This document shows positions 10,441-20,894 of a DNA stretch of 64,000 nucleotides, one piece after another (position 1 is the first letter of the stretch; each line of letters opens with the position of its first letter). Below the pieces are notes generated by a model. The model ran no database searches, was not told the origin of the DNA, and saw only the letters and a program-made list of their open reading frames with translations. The translations under genes were made by a program, and so were the position numbers. The stretch is from an uncultured Methanoregulaceae archaeon (GTDB lineage Archaea; Halobacteriota; Methanomicrobia; Methanomicrobiales; Methanospirillaceae): the NCBI GenBank assembly GCA_963717525.1, contig OY970343.1, positions 1,728,001 to 1,792,000 on the forward strand, in the 5' to 3' direction.

Positions 10441-10958
10441 GGTTTTCCTCCCTTTTCATTGCTCCGTCTGTCACAAGACTGCGGTCCGGATAGTTATCAC
10501 CAGAGATCGATCTCACTCGTGGTTCGGATTAACGGTTGGCATATGATAGGCTCTTGTGCCAAAATCAGATTTTGAAACAAAATTTGAGACACCAACGGTA
10601 AACCTTTTCGTGCCCCCGGCACACCATGCAACCGGTATGAACCGGCTGATCGTTCTCTTTTGATGGTACTAACCTGCAGGTTCAATCATCTCACACGGGC
10701 CATCTGGGGAATATATAGGTTAATGCCGGAAAACTACATGCCACAGGAGTTCTTCTCATATGAATGAACTGGTAAAGAACGAGTTCGAGATAATCTTTGG
10801 AGGTGCGGTATGGTTCGCGATGCTCCTTGCCGGTTTTTCCTTTTTGACGGTGATCGGGGGTTGTCTTTATCTCGGGTTTCTGGGAAGCAAGATGTATTAC
10901 TAGACCTGCGCTAGGAAATCTTTCTTTACCTGCATGCATGACGACGTCAACATGAACC

Positions 10959-11558
10959 TTATTTTTTCTCAAAATCGTAATATTTCCGTAAAAATTTCCT
11001 GACCTTTTCCGATTCCAGGTACCTGTCGTCAAGCTGGTCAAGGATTACTTCAATGGTTTTCACCTGGTCAGAGATGAGGACATTGGTGTTTTCATCAAGC
11101 ACCGATGCATCCAGCAAAATAGCCTGTAAGGGGTTCCTGATCTGGTCATTGAGGATCAGCAGTTGTTCCATATTGTCCTCAATCTGCTGGAAGGCCTCCT
11201 TCTTGAGATGTTCAACCTGATTTTTTCTCAGTTTCGAAATTTCCGCAAAATGCGAGATCACAACCCCAAGAGAGACAAATACAAAAAACCATGCCGTGTG
11301 AACCGCGATCATCATGGCCGAAAGTGTCCCGAACACCCATACCAAGACGAAGTAAATCCCGGCGAGGGTGATGGTGACCAGGACTGCCCGTTCAGGAAAG
11401 GCATATGCCGCAAGGATCACCGGGACTAGGAGAAAATAGGGGAATATATCGTTGATGCCATGGGTGAGGCTGAATATGGCCATCAGTATCACGACAAGCG
11501 AGGTGGCAATGATGAGGCATGTCCAGATACTGTCATCGTGGATGGAATTACGGGGCAT
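10959..11558 (-). CDS. Membrane protein with 4 TM helices and a HisKA-like C-terminal helical tail
   Basis: Hydrophobic N-terminal half; AFQQIEDNMEQLLILNDQIRNPLQAI...ESEKVRKFLRKYY tail. Confidence 0.75.
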   Translation of the reverse strand: MPRNSIHDDSIWTCLIIATSLVVILMAIFSLTHGINDIFPYFLLVPVILAAYAFPERAVLVTITLAGIYFVLVWVFGTLSAMMIAVHTAWFFVFVSLGVVISHFAEISKLRKNQVEHLKKEAFQQIEDNMEQLLILNDQIRNPLQAILLDASVLDENTNVLISDQVKTIEVILDQLDDRYLESEKVRKFLRKYYDFEKK

Positions 11559-11972
11559 TTCACCTTTCCACCCGGTGAAGTAGCTTTAAGATTTATTATA
11601 TTTTGTGTTTGGATATAATTCGCCGGGAGGATACTGTTTTAAGCCCCCTGGTGAAGGCCGGTGTTGGTTCCCGCTGTTGGATTCTTGGGGCATTTCTCAT
11701 GCCCGATCGAAATCCTCTGACTGGACCGACCCCTTTCTTTGATATTGCGTGAGCGCCAAATGTGATCATATCCCAGACCGGATGTCCCGGTTCCCGGGTG
11801 GAAGCTAGAGATTTCTCAAACAGCCATAATGGAGATCTTGATCGTGAAGAAGACACGTGCACAGCTTATCATTCTCCTCCTTATTGCGCTGATCGTAATC
11901 CCTGTTGCAGCGGGCAGCGATAATACGACAAATTCAACGACGGTTCCGACACCGACGGAAACCAACCTTACA

Positions 11973-12994
11973 TGTAGAGTGCCACAATTAATGTCCGATT
12001 TGTTGACAGAGTTTATGTCCGCTTGATAGACATTTTCTGTTTTTATTAAAATTAATTTCGTTGTGATAGACTGATGTCGGAGTCATCCAGTTCAGGATCT
12101 CCTGCTTTCTCCAGTTGTTGTACTGGTGGTCGAAGGACCAGAGTTCCCGTTTGAAGTGGCTTAACGAATAGAATTCCTTGAGGGCAATGAGTTCCTGATA
12201 GAGAGTCTTGTGATACCGTTCAATCTTGCCACGGCCACGCGGGTTGTACGGCCGGCCGAAGATCAGTTTGATACCGTTTTTCTGTGCTTCAGCTTTGAAG
12301 ACTTTTGAGACAAACTGTTTCCCATTATCGAGATAAATTTCACGAGGGATTCGTCCGGTGCGGAGCGCCCAGCGAAGAGCGTTGACCGCTGATGCAGCAT
12401 CTTTGTGAAGATAGACCTTGCTTTTCACCCGATACCGGGAGCAGTCATCAGTAAAACCGGTGACATAGACCTTGCCGACACCCCGGATACGAAACTGGAA
12501 CGTATCACCCTGCCACATGCTGTCAACGTGACGACGTTGGAATCGTTTGCCGGCTGGCTGAGGTTTTGCTTTGACACGAATGAGAAGTCCATGCTTTTTG
12601 AGGATACGATGGACTGTCCTCCAGGAACAGGCCAGATCAAACTGGTACTTGATACGACGGGCGCCCCATGCAGGATATTTCTCTTTGAGCCGGATAATTC
12701 GTCGTTCCAGTGACGGAGATATTGCCCGAGGGGATCGTTTCGGCCCGGTCTTTTTGGGTCGCAACCCATCCACCAGGTCTTCACGATGGGCCTTGGCCCA
12801 GCGTCTCACCGTCCTTTCGGAGATGCTATACGTCTCTCCGATCTCTCGTGCGCTTCGTATTCCTTCTTCATAGAATACGACTGATTTGGTTCTGATTTCC
12901 ATGGTCGCTTTCACCCGCAAGCACCTCTTCGGTGCTCTTGAAAGCGGACATAAATACTGTCACTGTTTTAGGACAGAAACTCTGGCACTATACA
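11973..12994 (-). mobile_element. IS481-family insertion sequence (1022 bp)
   Basis: TGT...ACA ends; imperfect inverted repeats TGTAGAGTGCCACA / TGTATAGTGCCAGA; direct repeat CTTACA at 11967-11972 and 12995-13000. Confidence 0.95.
11988..12902 (-). CDS. IS481-family DDE transposase
   Basis: N-term HTH (ISERTVRRW), YPAWGARRI, rve core WQGD..TDDCSR..YLDNG..GKIER; stop codon lies inside the terminal repeat. Confidence 0.93.
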   Translation of the reverse strand: MEIRTKSVVFYEEGIRSAREIGETYSISERTVRRWAKAHREDLVDGLRPKKTGPKRSPRAISPSLERRIIRLKEKYPAWGARRIKYQFDLACSWRTVHRILKKHGLLIRVKAKPQPAGKRFQRRHVDSMWQGDTFQFRIRGVGKVYVTGFTDDCSRYRVKSKVYLHKDAASAVNALRWALRTGRIPREIYLDNGKQFVSKVFKAEAQKNGIKLIFGRPYNPRGRGKIERYHKTLYQELIALKEFYSLSHFKRELWSFDHQYNNWRKQEILNWMTPTSVYHNEINFNKNRKCLSSGHKLCQQIGH

Positions 12995-13582
12995 CTTACA
13001 ACGATAACCACGACATTCCCGGCAAACGTTACCATCACAGAGATCCCGACCAATGCAACGACCGAGCAGGCAGCAGCAAACGCGACGGAGGAAAATACCA
13101 CGGTAACGACTGCTGTACCCACGGGTACCCCAACGGCCCCGACGACAGGGAATATTACCGTGGCATCATCTCCGCTGGGGGCAAGCGTACTCCTTGACGG
13201 GGTCCTCTCCGGGAGCACGCCGGAGAATCTTACCGGCATTGCAGCGGGAAACCACATTATTAGGCTGACCCTGAGCGGGTACTACGATTACGAGGGGACC
13301 ATTTATGTCGTTCCCGGCCGGGACACTGACGTATTCGGGACGCTCCCTCCCTTAAGTTCTTCTTCCGGGTCAGTCATGGTAGTGGTGACCCAGGCGGCGA
13401 CTGCTACCCCTTCACCGGTTGTTACGGTGTTGCCCACGGCGACTGCCTCGGGAGGGCTGCTGGAAAATCCGACTATTGTTGCATCCGTCCTCGGGATTGT
13501 TGCAGCAAGTATCGGCGCAGTCGCAGCGATATTTCCGCACCTGTCGAAATTCAAGAAATAAAAGCGTTACCGGGACCAGAGC

Positions 13583-14794
13583 TCATTCTTTTTTGTCCCC
13601 TTCTTTCAGAACACCCGGTGCAGGAGACCCTGTTTTCGTGTTCATGGGGATGACGGCAATCGTATTGCCGCTCTCCCGGCAGTAGGTCTTAACCCGCCGG
13701 AACACATGCGGCACCATCGACGCCGGCGTGAGGAGGACCGAACACTCGCCAACGAGTGCCCGCAGGATGCCCTTGTCGATCACGCCGTACGTGAAATCGA
13801 GCACGATCGATTCGCGCTCGGCAAGGTTCTTTGCCCGGGTTCCCATTGCCCCGCACCTGGTCCCCTGGTGCCCGGCCAGCCACGCCGTGATTTCATCAAC
13901 GCCGGTTGCATCCACGTTGCAGACCGTGATGGTCCCAAGGGCCCTGTCCGGCCGTGGTATACTCATGCCCTGTTCGAGCGAACTGACCAGCTGCAGGACG
14001 GACTTAGGCGACTGCGTTTTTTCCACCATCTGCCGCGAGACGAGCTCCGTGTAGAGTTCCAGCACTGCAGGCATCCGGAGGTTCGAGGAGGTGACAAGCG
14101 CGGGGTCTGTAAAGACTTCCTCGGGAGTACCCACGTGAAGAATGGTCCCTTTGTTCATGAGGATGATCTGGTCCGCCCAGAGGTAGGCGAGCTCCACGTC
14201 ATGCGTGGAGATAATGATCGTCGTTCCCTTCGCATTCAGCTCGTCGAGCAGTTCCATAAGGTCCGCGGCACCGGCGGGGTCGAGCGAGCTGGTTGGTTCA
14301 TCAAAGACGAGGATCTCCGGCTCCATCGCAAGGGTCCCGGCGATTGCGGCCCGTTTCTTTTCACCGCCGCTCAACTGGTGGGGCGGCCGTTTCTCGTAAC
14401 CGGTAAGCCCAACCGCTGCAAGCGATCTCGCGACCGCTGACTGGATCTCCTCCTGTGTCATACCGAGATTAAGGGGGCCAAATGCAACGTCCTGGTACAC
14501 TGTTGGCGCGAAAAGCTGCATATCCGAGTTCTGGAATACCAGCCCGACCTTCTTTCGCACCTCACGCAGCGAGCGGCTGTCATACGCGAGGGGTTTACCA
14601 TCGAGAAGCACCCGCCCCTTCGAGGGCTCAAGAACCCCGTTGCACATCAGGAGCAGGGTGGTCTTCCCGGCACCATTGGGGCCGACCAGGGCGACTCTGG
14701 CTCCTTTTTTTATCGAGAAGGTGACACCGGAAAGTGACTCCCGGCAGTTCGGGTAGGCATAATGAATATCATCAAATTCGAGCAGGTTTGTCAT
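13583..14794 (-). CDS. cbiO: Cobalt ECF transporter ATPase with C-terminal extension
   Basis: GPNGAGKTT, LSGGEKKR, VFDEPT, STHD; in an operon with cbiMNQ. Confidence 0.92.
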   Translation of the reverse strand: MTNLLEFDDIHYAYPNCRESLSGVTFSIKKGARVALVGPNGAGKTTLLLMCNGVLEPSKGRVLLDGKPLAYDSRSLREVRKKVGLVFQNSDMQLFAPTVYQDVAFGPLNLGMTQEEIQSAVARSLAAVGLTGYEKRPPHQLSGGEKKRAAIAGTLAMEPEILVFDEPTSSLDPAGAADLMELLDELNAKGTTIIISTHDVELAYLWADQIILMNKGTILHVGTPEEVFTDPALVTSSNLRMPAVLELYTELVSRQMVEKTQSPKSVLQLVSSLEQGMSIPRPDRALGTITVCNVDATGVDEITAWLAGHQGTRCGAMGTRAKNLAERESIVLDFTYGVIDKGILRALVGECSVLLTPASMVPHVFRRVKTYCRESGNTIAVIPMNTKTGSPAPGVLKEGDKKE

Positions 14795-14797
14795 CGT

Positions 14798-15592
14798 TCA
14801 CCTGAAAGGCACAATCGTGCTTGTCATAATTGCAACGGTAATGCAGAGCCCCAGGTAGACTGCGATAGACGCGATTGCCACCGGTTTTGGGGGGTTCTGC
14901 TGGCCGGGCAGTTCCAGTTTGCCGTCATAGCACCGCGAGTCCATCGCGATGATCAGGTCTTCAGCCTCCTTCCATGCACGGATAAAGAGCATGGCGCCAA
15001 GCATTGCCATCGAGTTGATCGATCGTTTAAATGTGGTGTACCCATGCCGGATAGTCTGGGCATTGTGGATGGCGATTGCCTGGCCAATAAAAACGAAGAT
15101 GAAATGGTAGATCAGCATGGAAAGATCAATAAGCACCGGTGGGACGCGCAGCCCATGCATAACAGAAAAGATCTCGATCATGGGGGTTGTCAGGGCAATA
15201 AAGAAGAGCCCGCACATCCCGCCAAAGGTCCGGACCAGTACAAGGAATCCGAGGTTTGCAGAGCCGGACGTGACTGTCAACGGGACGTTAGCGATGGAAA
15301 ACGTCAGGATTGGCTCGCCGCCACCGCTCAGGAAGAGAATTACAATTACGGATAAGACTGCAAATGTCAGCGGGATCAAGAGGAGTTCTGCGTACACCCC
15401 CACCGGTATTTTTGCGAATACCAGCGTGATCGCTGAAAGGGTAAAGAGGATAAACAGGGGGGCGACCGGGCCCGGGGAGACAACACAGATCAGTATCGCC
15501 CCAATTCCAAGGATAAATTTGAGATAGCTGTTAACGTCCCGTAAGGCATTTGCCTGTGCATAGTAATCCAGGTTGTCCTCCAGAATTTTCAT
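14798..15592 (-). CDS. cbiQ: Cobalt ECF transporter T component
   Basis: Multi-TM; ALTTPM, AQTIRHGY, AMDSRCYDG. Confidence 0.92.
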   Translation of the reverse strand: MKILEDNLDYYAQANALRDVNSYLKFILGIGAILICVVSPGPVAPLFILFTLSAITLVFAKIPVGVYAELLLIPLTFAVLSVIVILFLSGGGEPILTFSIANVPLTVTSGSANLGFLVLVRTFGGMCGLFFIALTTPMIEIFSVMHGLRVPPVLIDLSMLIYHFIFVFIGQAIAIHNAQTIRHGYTTFKRSINSMAMLGAMLFIRAWKEAEDLIIAMDSRCYDGKLELPGQQNPPKPVAIASIAVYLGLCITVAIMTSTIVPFR

Positions 15593-15639
15593 AAGGAATC
15601 CATATCGTGGATCAAAGATGTCAATAAATGAAAGAGAGG

Positions 15640-15966
15640 TTATGCAGCTTTCGCGCTATCCCGTTTGCCCCGGTAATAGCCAAAGAAGTACCCGATCACG
15701 AGCGCCCCGAGGCCGGACTGGATGCTGAAAAGCAGGGATTCGACCTCAGTGCTGGGGGGTGTCCAGAGAGGCTGTATCCATGGAGTATAGCCCGTGGCCT
15801 CAATTGCAGCGCTGCCCATATCATCAGAACCCTGCCAGGTCTCCTGTCCGGGTTTGGCGTTTGCCTGGATGTTGGCATTCTGGATGAGAAAGACTGCAGC
15901 AAAGACGATGACGACAACCGCAAAGATGATCTCAAGTTTGTACTTCATGAAAAATGTGAGGGTCAT
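15640..15966 (-). CDS. cbiN: Cobalt transport protein CbiN
   Basis: WQGSDD, GYTPWIQPLWTPPSTEVESLLFSIQ, GYFFG; ATG overlaps the restored cbiM stop (ATGA). Confidence 0.92.
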   Translation of the reverse strand: MTLTFFMKYKLEIIFAVVVIVFAAVFLIQNANIQANAKPGQETWQGSDDMGSAAIEATGYTPWIQPLWTPPSTEVESLLFSIQSGLGALVIGYFFGYYRGKRDSAKAA

Positions 15967-16662
15967 TTGAAACTCTCCATGATTTTAGTAACCTGCTCCG
16001 GTGTGAGTACTTTGAGTTTGACGAGGATATCACCCCGGCTCTGGACAATGTCACTTGAACACGAGGGCAATGAGTACGCCTTCAAGGATCGCTAAGGGGA
16101 TCTGCGTTACTGCATAGATGGCAAAGAAGGTCTCCCACGAGACCATAAAGCCGCCGTGCGTTGCCGGGAATGCTGCAGCGAGCTCGATCGACGTAATAAC
16201 ATACGTGAAGAGGTCCGCGACTGCCGTGACGAGGAACACATTGATGAATATGTTTAGGTTCACCGCTTTTCCCAGCCGGTACACGGCATACCCGAGAAGC
16301 GGCCCGGCAATCCCCATCGAGAAGACATTCGCGCCAAGCGTGGTGATCCCGCCGTGGGCCATGAAAAGTGCCTGGAATATGAGCACGATCAGGCTGAGCA
16401 CACAGGTGATGATAGGGCCGAACAAAACGGTCGAAAGCCCGGTGCCCGTGGGATGTGAGCAGCTCCCTACCACGGGAGATGGCATCTTCAGCGACGACAG
16501 GAGGAAGATGAAGGCACCCGACACTGCCAGAAGCGAAAGTGTTTCACGTTGTGCTTTAACCTGGCGATTCAGCAGATAAATCCCATAGATAATGAACGGG
16601 GCTGATACAAGGTACCAGAAGACGCACCATTGCCAGGGTAAGAATCCTTCCATAATGTGCAT
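15963..16662 (-). CDS. cbiM: Cobalt ECF transporter S component; apparent 1-nt insertion near 16052
   Basis: MHIMEGFLP, SCSHPTG, AHGGITTLGAN, TQIPLAI; tail YIVQSRGDILVKLKVL continues in a shifted frame. Confidence 0.93.
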
Positions 16663-16681
16663 TGTACACAAGTGTGATTGC

Positions 16682-16706
16682 TTTAACTTAATAAAATTTT
16701 GTTAAA
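16682..16706. promoter_or_regulatory. Putative operator TTTAAC-N13-GTTAAA upstream of cbiM
   Basis: Perfect 6-bp inverted half-sites with an AT-only spacer, 20-44 nt upstream of the cbiM ATG. Confidence 0.45.
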
Positions 16707-16837
16707 TGGTCCTGGGGAAGTTCCCCGACTTACCAAGATGGCTAAAAGGAACTCTCATTACATTTTATGGAACAATAGTTGATTCCCCTGCAAACCATTA
16801 AGATACCTTTCAGATGATTATGAGATGAGGAACTGCA

Positions 16838-17236
16838 ATGGTTAAGCTCACCGATGAGATCAAGGAATCGCTTGCTGCAACAAAGATCGCATACTTTGCC
16901 ACGGCAGCAAAAGACGGCACCCCGAATGCTGTCCCGATCGGGGCATTCAAGATCCTGGACGACGAGACGATGCTCATCTCGAACCAGTACTTCAGTAAGA
17001 CGCTCGCAAACATGAAGGAGAACCCGAAAGTCGCCCTCACGTTCTGGGGAGAGAAAGGCGGCTTCCAGATCAAAGGCACGGTGACCATTCACACGAGCGG
17101 CAAGATCTTTACTGATGATGTCGCCTGGGTCAAATCGCTCAAGCCCACGCTCGTCCCGAAATCTGCAATCGTCATGAAGATCACCGGGGTATACATCATC
17201 AAGCCCGGCGCTGACGCGGGAAAGAAGATCCTCTAA
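16838..17236 (+). CDS. Pyridoxamine 5'-phosphate oxidase-like flavin-binding protein
   Basis: FATAAKDGTPNAVP, KTLANMKENPKVAL, GFQIKG, PGADAGKK. Confidence 0.88.
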   Translation: MVKLTDEIKESLAATKIAYFATAAKDGTPNAVPIGAFKILDDETMLISNQYFSKTLANMKENPKVALTFWGEKGGFQIKGTVTIHTSGKIFTDDVAWVKSLKPTLVPKSAIVMKITGVYIIKPGADAGKKIL

Positions 17237-17365
17237 GGCCTTCGGCCATCCCTTTTTACCCGGTATATTTCCCCGGACCCGGCAGTTCAACCGCAGGTTC
17301 AAGCAGGCCCGGGCCCGCCGGCTGCGTCCGCATGATTCAGGGCCGGTCTCCGGGGCGATCCCTTT

Positions 17366-18325
17366 TTAGAAATCGGGCATTTTCTTTGCAAGGTACCAGG
17401 CGTGGACGGCGAGGAGGACGTACAGGGGAAAGAGCAGGCCGTACGTGTCTCCCTGTCCCTCGTACTTATAGAGCCAGACGGTGGCAGTGACATCGATCTG
17501 GAAGATCATGATCCCCCACCATTTCCCGATGTACCCGTAGCCGAGCCCCGGCAGGAGGAAATTCATGATCGCAGCAATAAACGGGTTTTTTGCCGTCCGC
17601 GGCCGGCGGGAGATCCCCCGGGGGATGAACAGAGGATCGATCCCGCACCGGGGTGCGGCAAGGACGGCCTGCCACCGCACCTCGCTGTTGCTGTCAGCAA
17701 GTCCCTGCATGAGGGCGGGGATGGCCTTTTCGCTCCCGATCGATCCGAGGAGCTCAATGGCCTTCTGGCGCACCCCCGCATCCCGGTCTGACAGGACACC
17801 GGAGAGCGCCGGAATGGCCTCGGGGCCGATCCATTCGAGTGCCTTCCATTCCTGCATCCCGACAAAATAAAATGCCCGCTCCTCTGCAGTTTCGGGTTTC
17901 CAGCCGAGCTTTGCAAGCGCAAATGCCGAACCGTACCGCACGTACTTGTCCGGGTCCCGGAGCGCTGCAACGAGCGGCCCGATGGCCCGGGCATCGCCGA
18001 TCTCCCCGAGCGCAAACGCGGCCTGCCACCGCACCTCGCTGTGGGTATCCCTGAGTGCAGCAATAAGGGGATCAACTGAACGGGGGTCGCGGATGACCGC
18101 AAGCGCCCCGATCACCCCGAGCCGGACGTCCTTGTGCTTCTTTTTCAGGGCCCGGATGAGATCGTCCCTCGAGGCCGCCCCGAGCGTGCCTAAGGCCCGG
18201 GCAGCTTCTGTCTGGACGGAAAAGTCCGGCGACCGGAGGGCACGGATCAGCCCCGGGATATCCCGCCGCTCCTTCATAACTGGGATATCCTGGGGTTTTA
18301 CGGCAAACAGGTGGGGAAGGTTCAT
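17366..18325 (-). CDS. HEAT (PBS-lyase-like) repeat protein with C-terminal membrane domain
   Basis: Repeats such as VRWQAAFALGEIGDARAIGPLVAALRD; C-term KNPFIAAIMNFLLPGLGYGYIG (TM2-like). Confidence 0.88.
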   Translation of the reverse strand: MNLPHLFAVKPQDIPVMKERRDIPGLIRALRSPDFSVQTEAARALGTLGAASRDDLIRALKKKHKDVRLGVIGALAVIRDPRSVDPLIAALRDTHSEVRWQAAFALGEIGDARAIGPLVAALRDPDKYVRYGSAFALAKLGWKPETAEERAFYFVGMQEWKALEWIGPEAIPALSGVLSDRDAGVRQKAIELLGSIGSEKAIPALMQGLADSNSEVRWQAVLAAPRCGIDPLFIPRGISRRPRTAKNPFIAAIMNFLLPGLGYGYIGKWWGIMIFQIDVTATVWLYKYEGQGDTYGLLFPLYVLLAVHAWYLAKKMPDF

Positions 18326-18339
18326 CAGGCGTTTTCACC

Positions 18340-19301
18340 TCACAGGTCGTTCATCTTTTTTGCGACGTAGAAAGTCTGGACGGCAAAGAGGGCCGTGATC
18401 GGGTAGGCGATGAGGTACGGCAGGAACGGGCCGGCTTCGAGCTGGGCAAGCACGAGAATGCTCGTGTAACTCATGAAGACCAGAAAACCCCACCAGTAGC
18501 CAAGGTAGTTGTAGCCAAGGCCGATGAAGAGGAAGTTGAGGATAGCGGCTGCCCACGGGTTCTGCCCGGTCCGCCGTCGCTTGGAGATCCCCCATGGAAT
18601 CTGGGCAACCGGGACCCGGCATTTTTTTGCCGTAATGACGGACGCCCACCGCACCTGATCGTCAGGATCCTTTAACCCGGCCTCGCAGGCCTGCTGCGCA
18701 AGAGGATCGCCGATCACCCCGAGAAGATCGATAATGAGCGCCCGGGTCTTTGGGTCAGGGTCGGAGAGCCGTTCGATCAGCGGCGAAGTCGCCGCGGTCC
18801 CCAGCTGTTTTACCGCGTCCCAGTCCTGCAGGGCAATGGCCCGGTACGCGGCTTCGGTCTCGTTTGCGGGTGTCCATCCGAGCCGGTCGAGCGATGTTGC
18901 TGCACTGGAACGGATGTACCGTTCGCGGTCCCGGAGGGCGGAAAGGAGGGGGGGATCGCCCGGGGATCGCCAATGTTCCCCAGCGCCAATGCGGCAACCC
19001 AGCGCACCTCGATATTATGGTCGTGCTCCATCACGTCAACGAGATGGGGAACCACCCGCCAATCGCGTATGGCGCCGAGCGCCTCGACGGCCCCGATCCG
19101 GGCGGCCACGTGCCGGCTGTCCAGCTCACGTACCAGCAGGGGGATGGCCGGGGTTCCGAGCGACCCCAAGGCATCGGCTGCCTGCCACTGGATTTTAGGG
19201 TCCCGGTCGTGCAGGAGCCGGATAAGGCCGGGCAGATCCCCTGCTTCTTTCAGTGCGGCGACGTCCGCTTGCCTGATCGAGGGGAACTGCAGGAGGGGCA
19301 T
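18340..19301 (-). CDS. Paralogous HEAT-repeat/TM protein; frameshift in the G7 run at 18948-18954
   Basis: HEAT repeats; adding one base gives IPPLLSALRDRERYIRSSAATSL and joins the 18340-18717 ORF (QNPWAAAILNFLFIGLGYNYLG). Confidence 0.85.
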
Positions 19302-19655
19302 ACAGGGCGAAAAATAATTAAAGCTTGCATGGAGGCGGGCGATATATTAATGTTGTGAAATACGTGGACAACATGAGAATCTGGTCTTTCAAAGAATGTT
19401 CTATACGACGGATTGTATCATTATATTTGTAGTTTATTAAAGATTTTTTTTTCAGAGGAAAAATAAATATACTGACGAGCGTCTTTACACTGTTATAATA
19501 AATAAATTTATAAATTCTTTGAAGTTGTTTCGAAAGACCAAGGATTGTGTGCTATGGCAGGAAAGAAGATGGTGCAAACTGATGGTGACGCAGGAAAATA
19601 CCGGGAGCCGGGCCGGGAATGTATCGGAAAAATATTCGGGCGCTGGTGAGAGAGG

Positions 19656-20870
19656 ATGGTGGCGTACGGCAATTATCCCCAAGGACAACTTTTTTCCCCG
19701 GCTTTTAACACCAATGTAACCCCTCCAACCCCGGCGAACGCCTATCCAAGTTATCCCACACCAACACAGGGTGAGTCACTCTGTAACTGCCCGCTTATTG
19801 CGGGCCTGGCCTCCATTGCATGGGTGAACCGGCAGTTTATTCTCCATAACATCGCTCCCGCAGGTATCGCCGGGAATTATTCCGTGACATTCTGGGATTA
19901 TCCTGCCGCTGCCTATCCCCCGCCGGTTCCGGTGCCCGGTCAGGGTGCCGGCTGCCAGCTGAACGGTTTATTAGGAGCCGCAGTGGCAGTACCCGTAACG
20001 GTCAGTGGGACCATCCCGCTACTCAATGCCAGTCCCGTTGATCCCGCAACAGGTATGACATGTGGTGCCGGTTCATCTAATGTCAATGAAATATGGCCGG
20101 CGCTGTACGAAAAGGCCTATGCTAAATTCATGATGTACAAGGCCCAGATACCCTCTCATGAGAAATTGAATGCAGCGGGCAATCCATCACCTTTGCAGAT
20201 CGGCGACCTTGCGAATCCGGCCATGGATCCTAACTTCGGCGAGGTCCAAAATCTGACTCAGGTCCAGTGGGGTGGAAATGCCGGCGTGGGTCTCTTGTAC
20301 CTTACCGGGCTGCCCTGCTATGCCTATAATCTGAATTCAGCTGCATTCACGCCCACGGGTCATATTAATGTAGCTACTCCAAGTGTTTTTACGTTTATCA
20401 GAAATGGATTTTGTCGCAATACAGCAGTAGCTCCCTATGGCCTGAACAAAACACTGTACCCCTTGGTGGCATGGACATATCTAGATGGAACCCAGCCTGC
20501 GGGGGTTGCCTATAACAATGGTATCATAGCAGGTCACTGTTATGCCATTCTCGGGATTATGACGGTGGGTGCTTCAAATTACATCATTCTCCGTACAACC
20601 TATGGGACAGGGGGTATCGCGGTAGCCGCTCCCAACCCCAACCCGCTTAACCTCCAGCCCCTTGTGGTGGCACCCGCAATGACCTGTTATGATGCACTAT
20701 TCACCATCGGAGCGCTTGCACCATTCTATCCCCCAACATTATTACCCCACCCCAACAACATCCCAATCAATTTAACGAACGGGATCTTTGGTATTGAGGC
20801 AAGTATCTCCTGTACGAACAATTTAACTACATTCCAGAATTATTTTTCGACGATTGGCTGGGCTGATTAA
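19656..20870 (+). CDS. Divergent calpain-like (peptidase C2) cysteine protease
   Basis: QGESLCNCPLIAGLASIA, EIWPALYEKAYAK, GGNAGVGLLYLTG, GIIAGHCYAILG, ILRTTYG occur in calpain order. Confidence 0.75.
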   Translation: MVAYGNYPQGQLFSPAFNTNVTPPTPANAYPSYPTPTQGESLCNCPLIAGLASIAWVNRQFILHNIAPAGIAGNYSVTFWDYPAAAYPPPVPVPGQGAGCQLNGLLGAAVAVPVTVSGTIPLLNASPVDPATGMTCGAGSSNVNEIWPALYEKAYAKFMMYKAQIPSHEKLNAAGNPSPLQIGDLANPAMDPNFGEVQNLTQVQWGGNAGVGLLYLTGLPCYAYNLNSAAFTPTGHINVATPSVFTFIRNGFCRNTAVAPYGLNKTLYPLVAWTYLDGTQPAGVAYNNGIIAGHCYAILGIMTVGASNYIILRTTYGTGGIAVAAPNPNPLNLQPLVVAPAMTCYDALFTIGALAPFYPPTLLPHPNNIPINLTNGIFGIEASISCTNNLTTFQNYFSTIGWAD

Positions 20871-20894
20871 CGGTGATATGGATCTGGTGAGGAC

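Larger units (their letters stand above)
11844..13561 (+). pseudogene. PEGA-domain surface protein interrupted by an IS481-family element
   Basis: Signal peptide and Thr-rich start at 11844-11972; PEGA domain (GNITVASSPLGASVLLDG...GNHIIRLTLSGYYDY) and C-term TM after 12995; halves join in frame once the IS and one CTTACA copy are removed. Confidence 0.9.
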
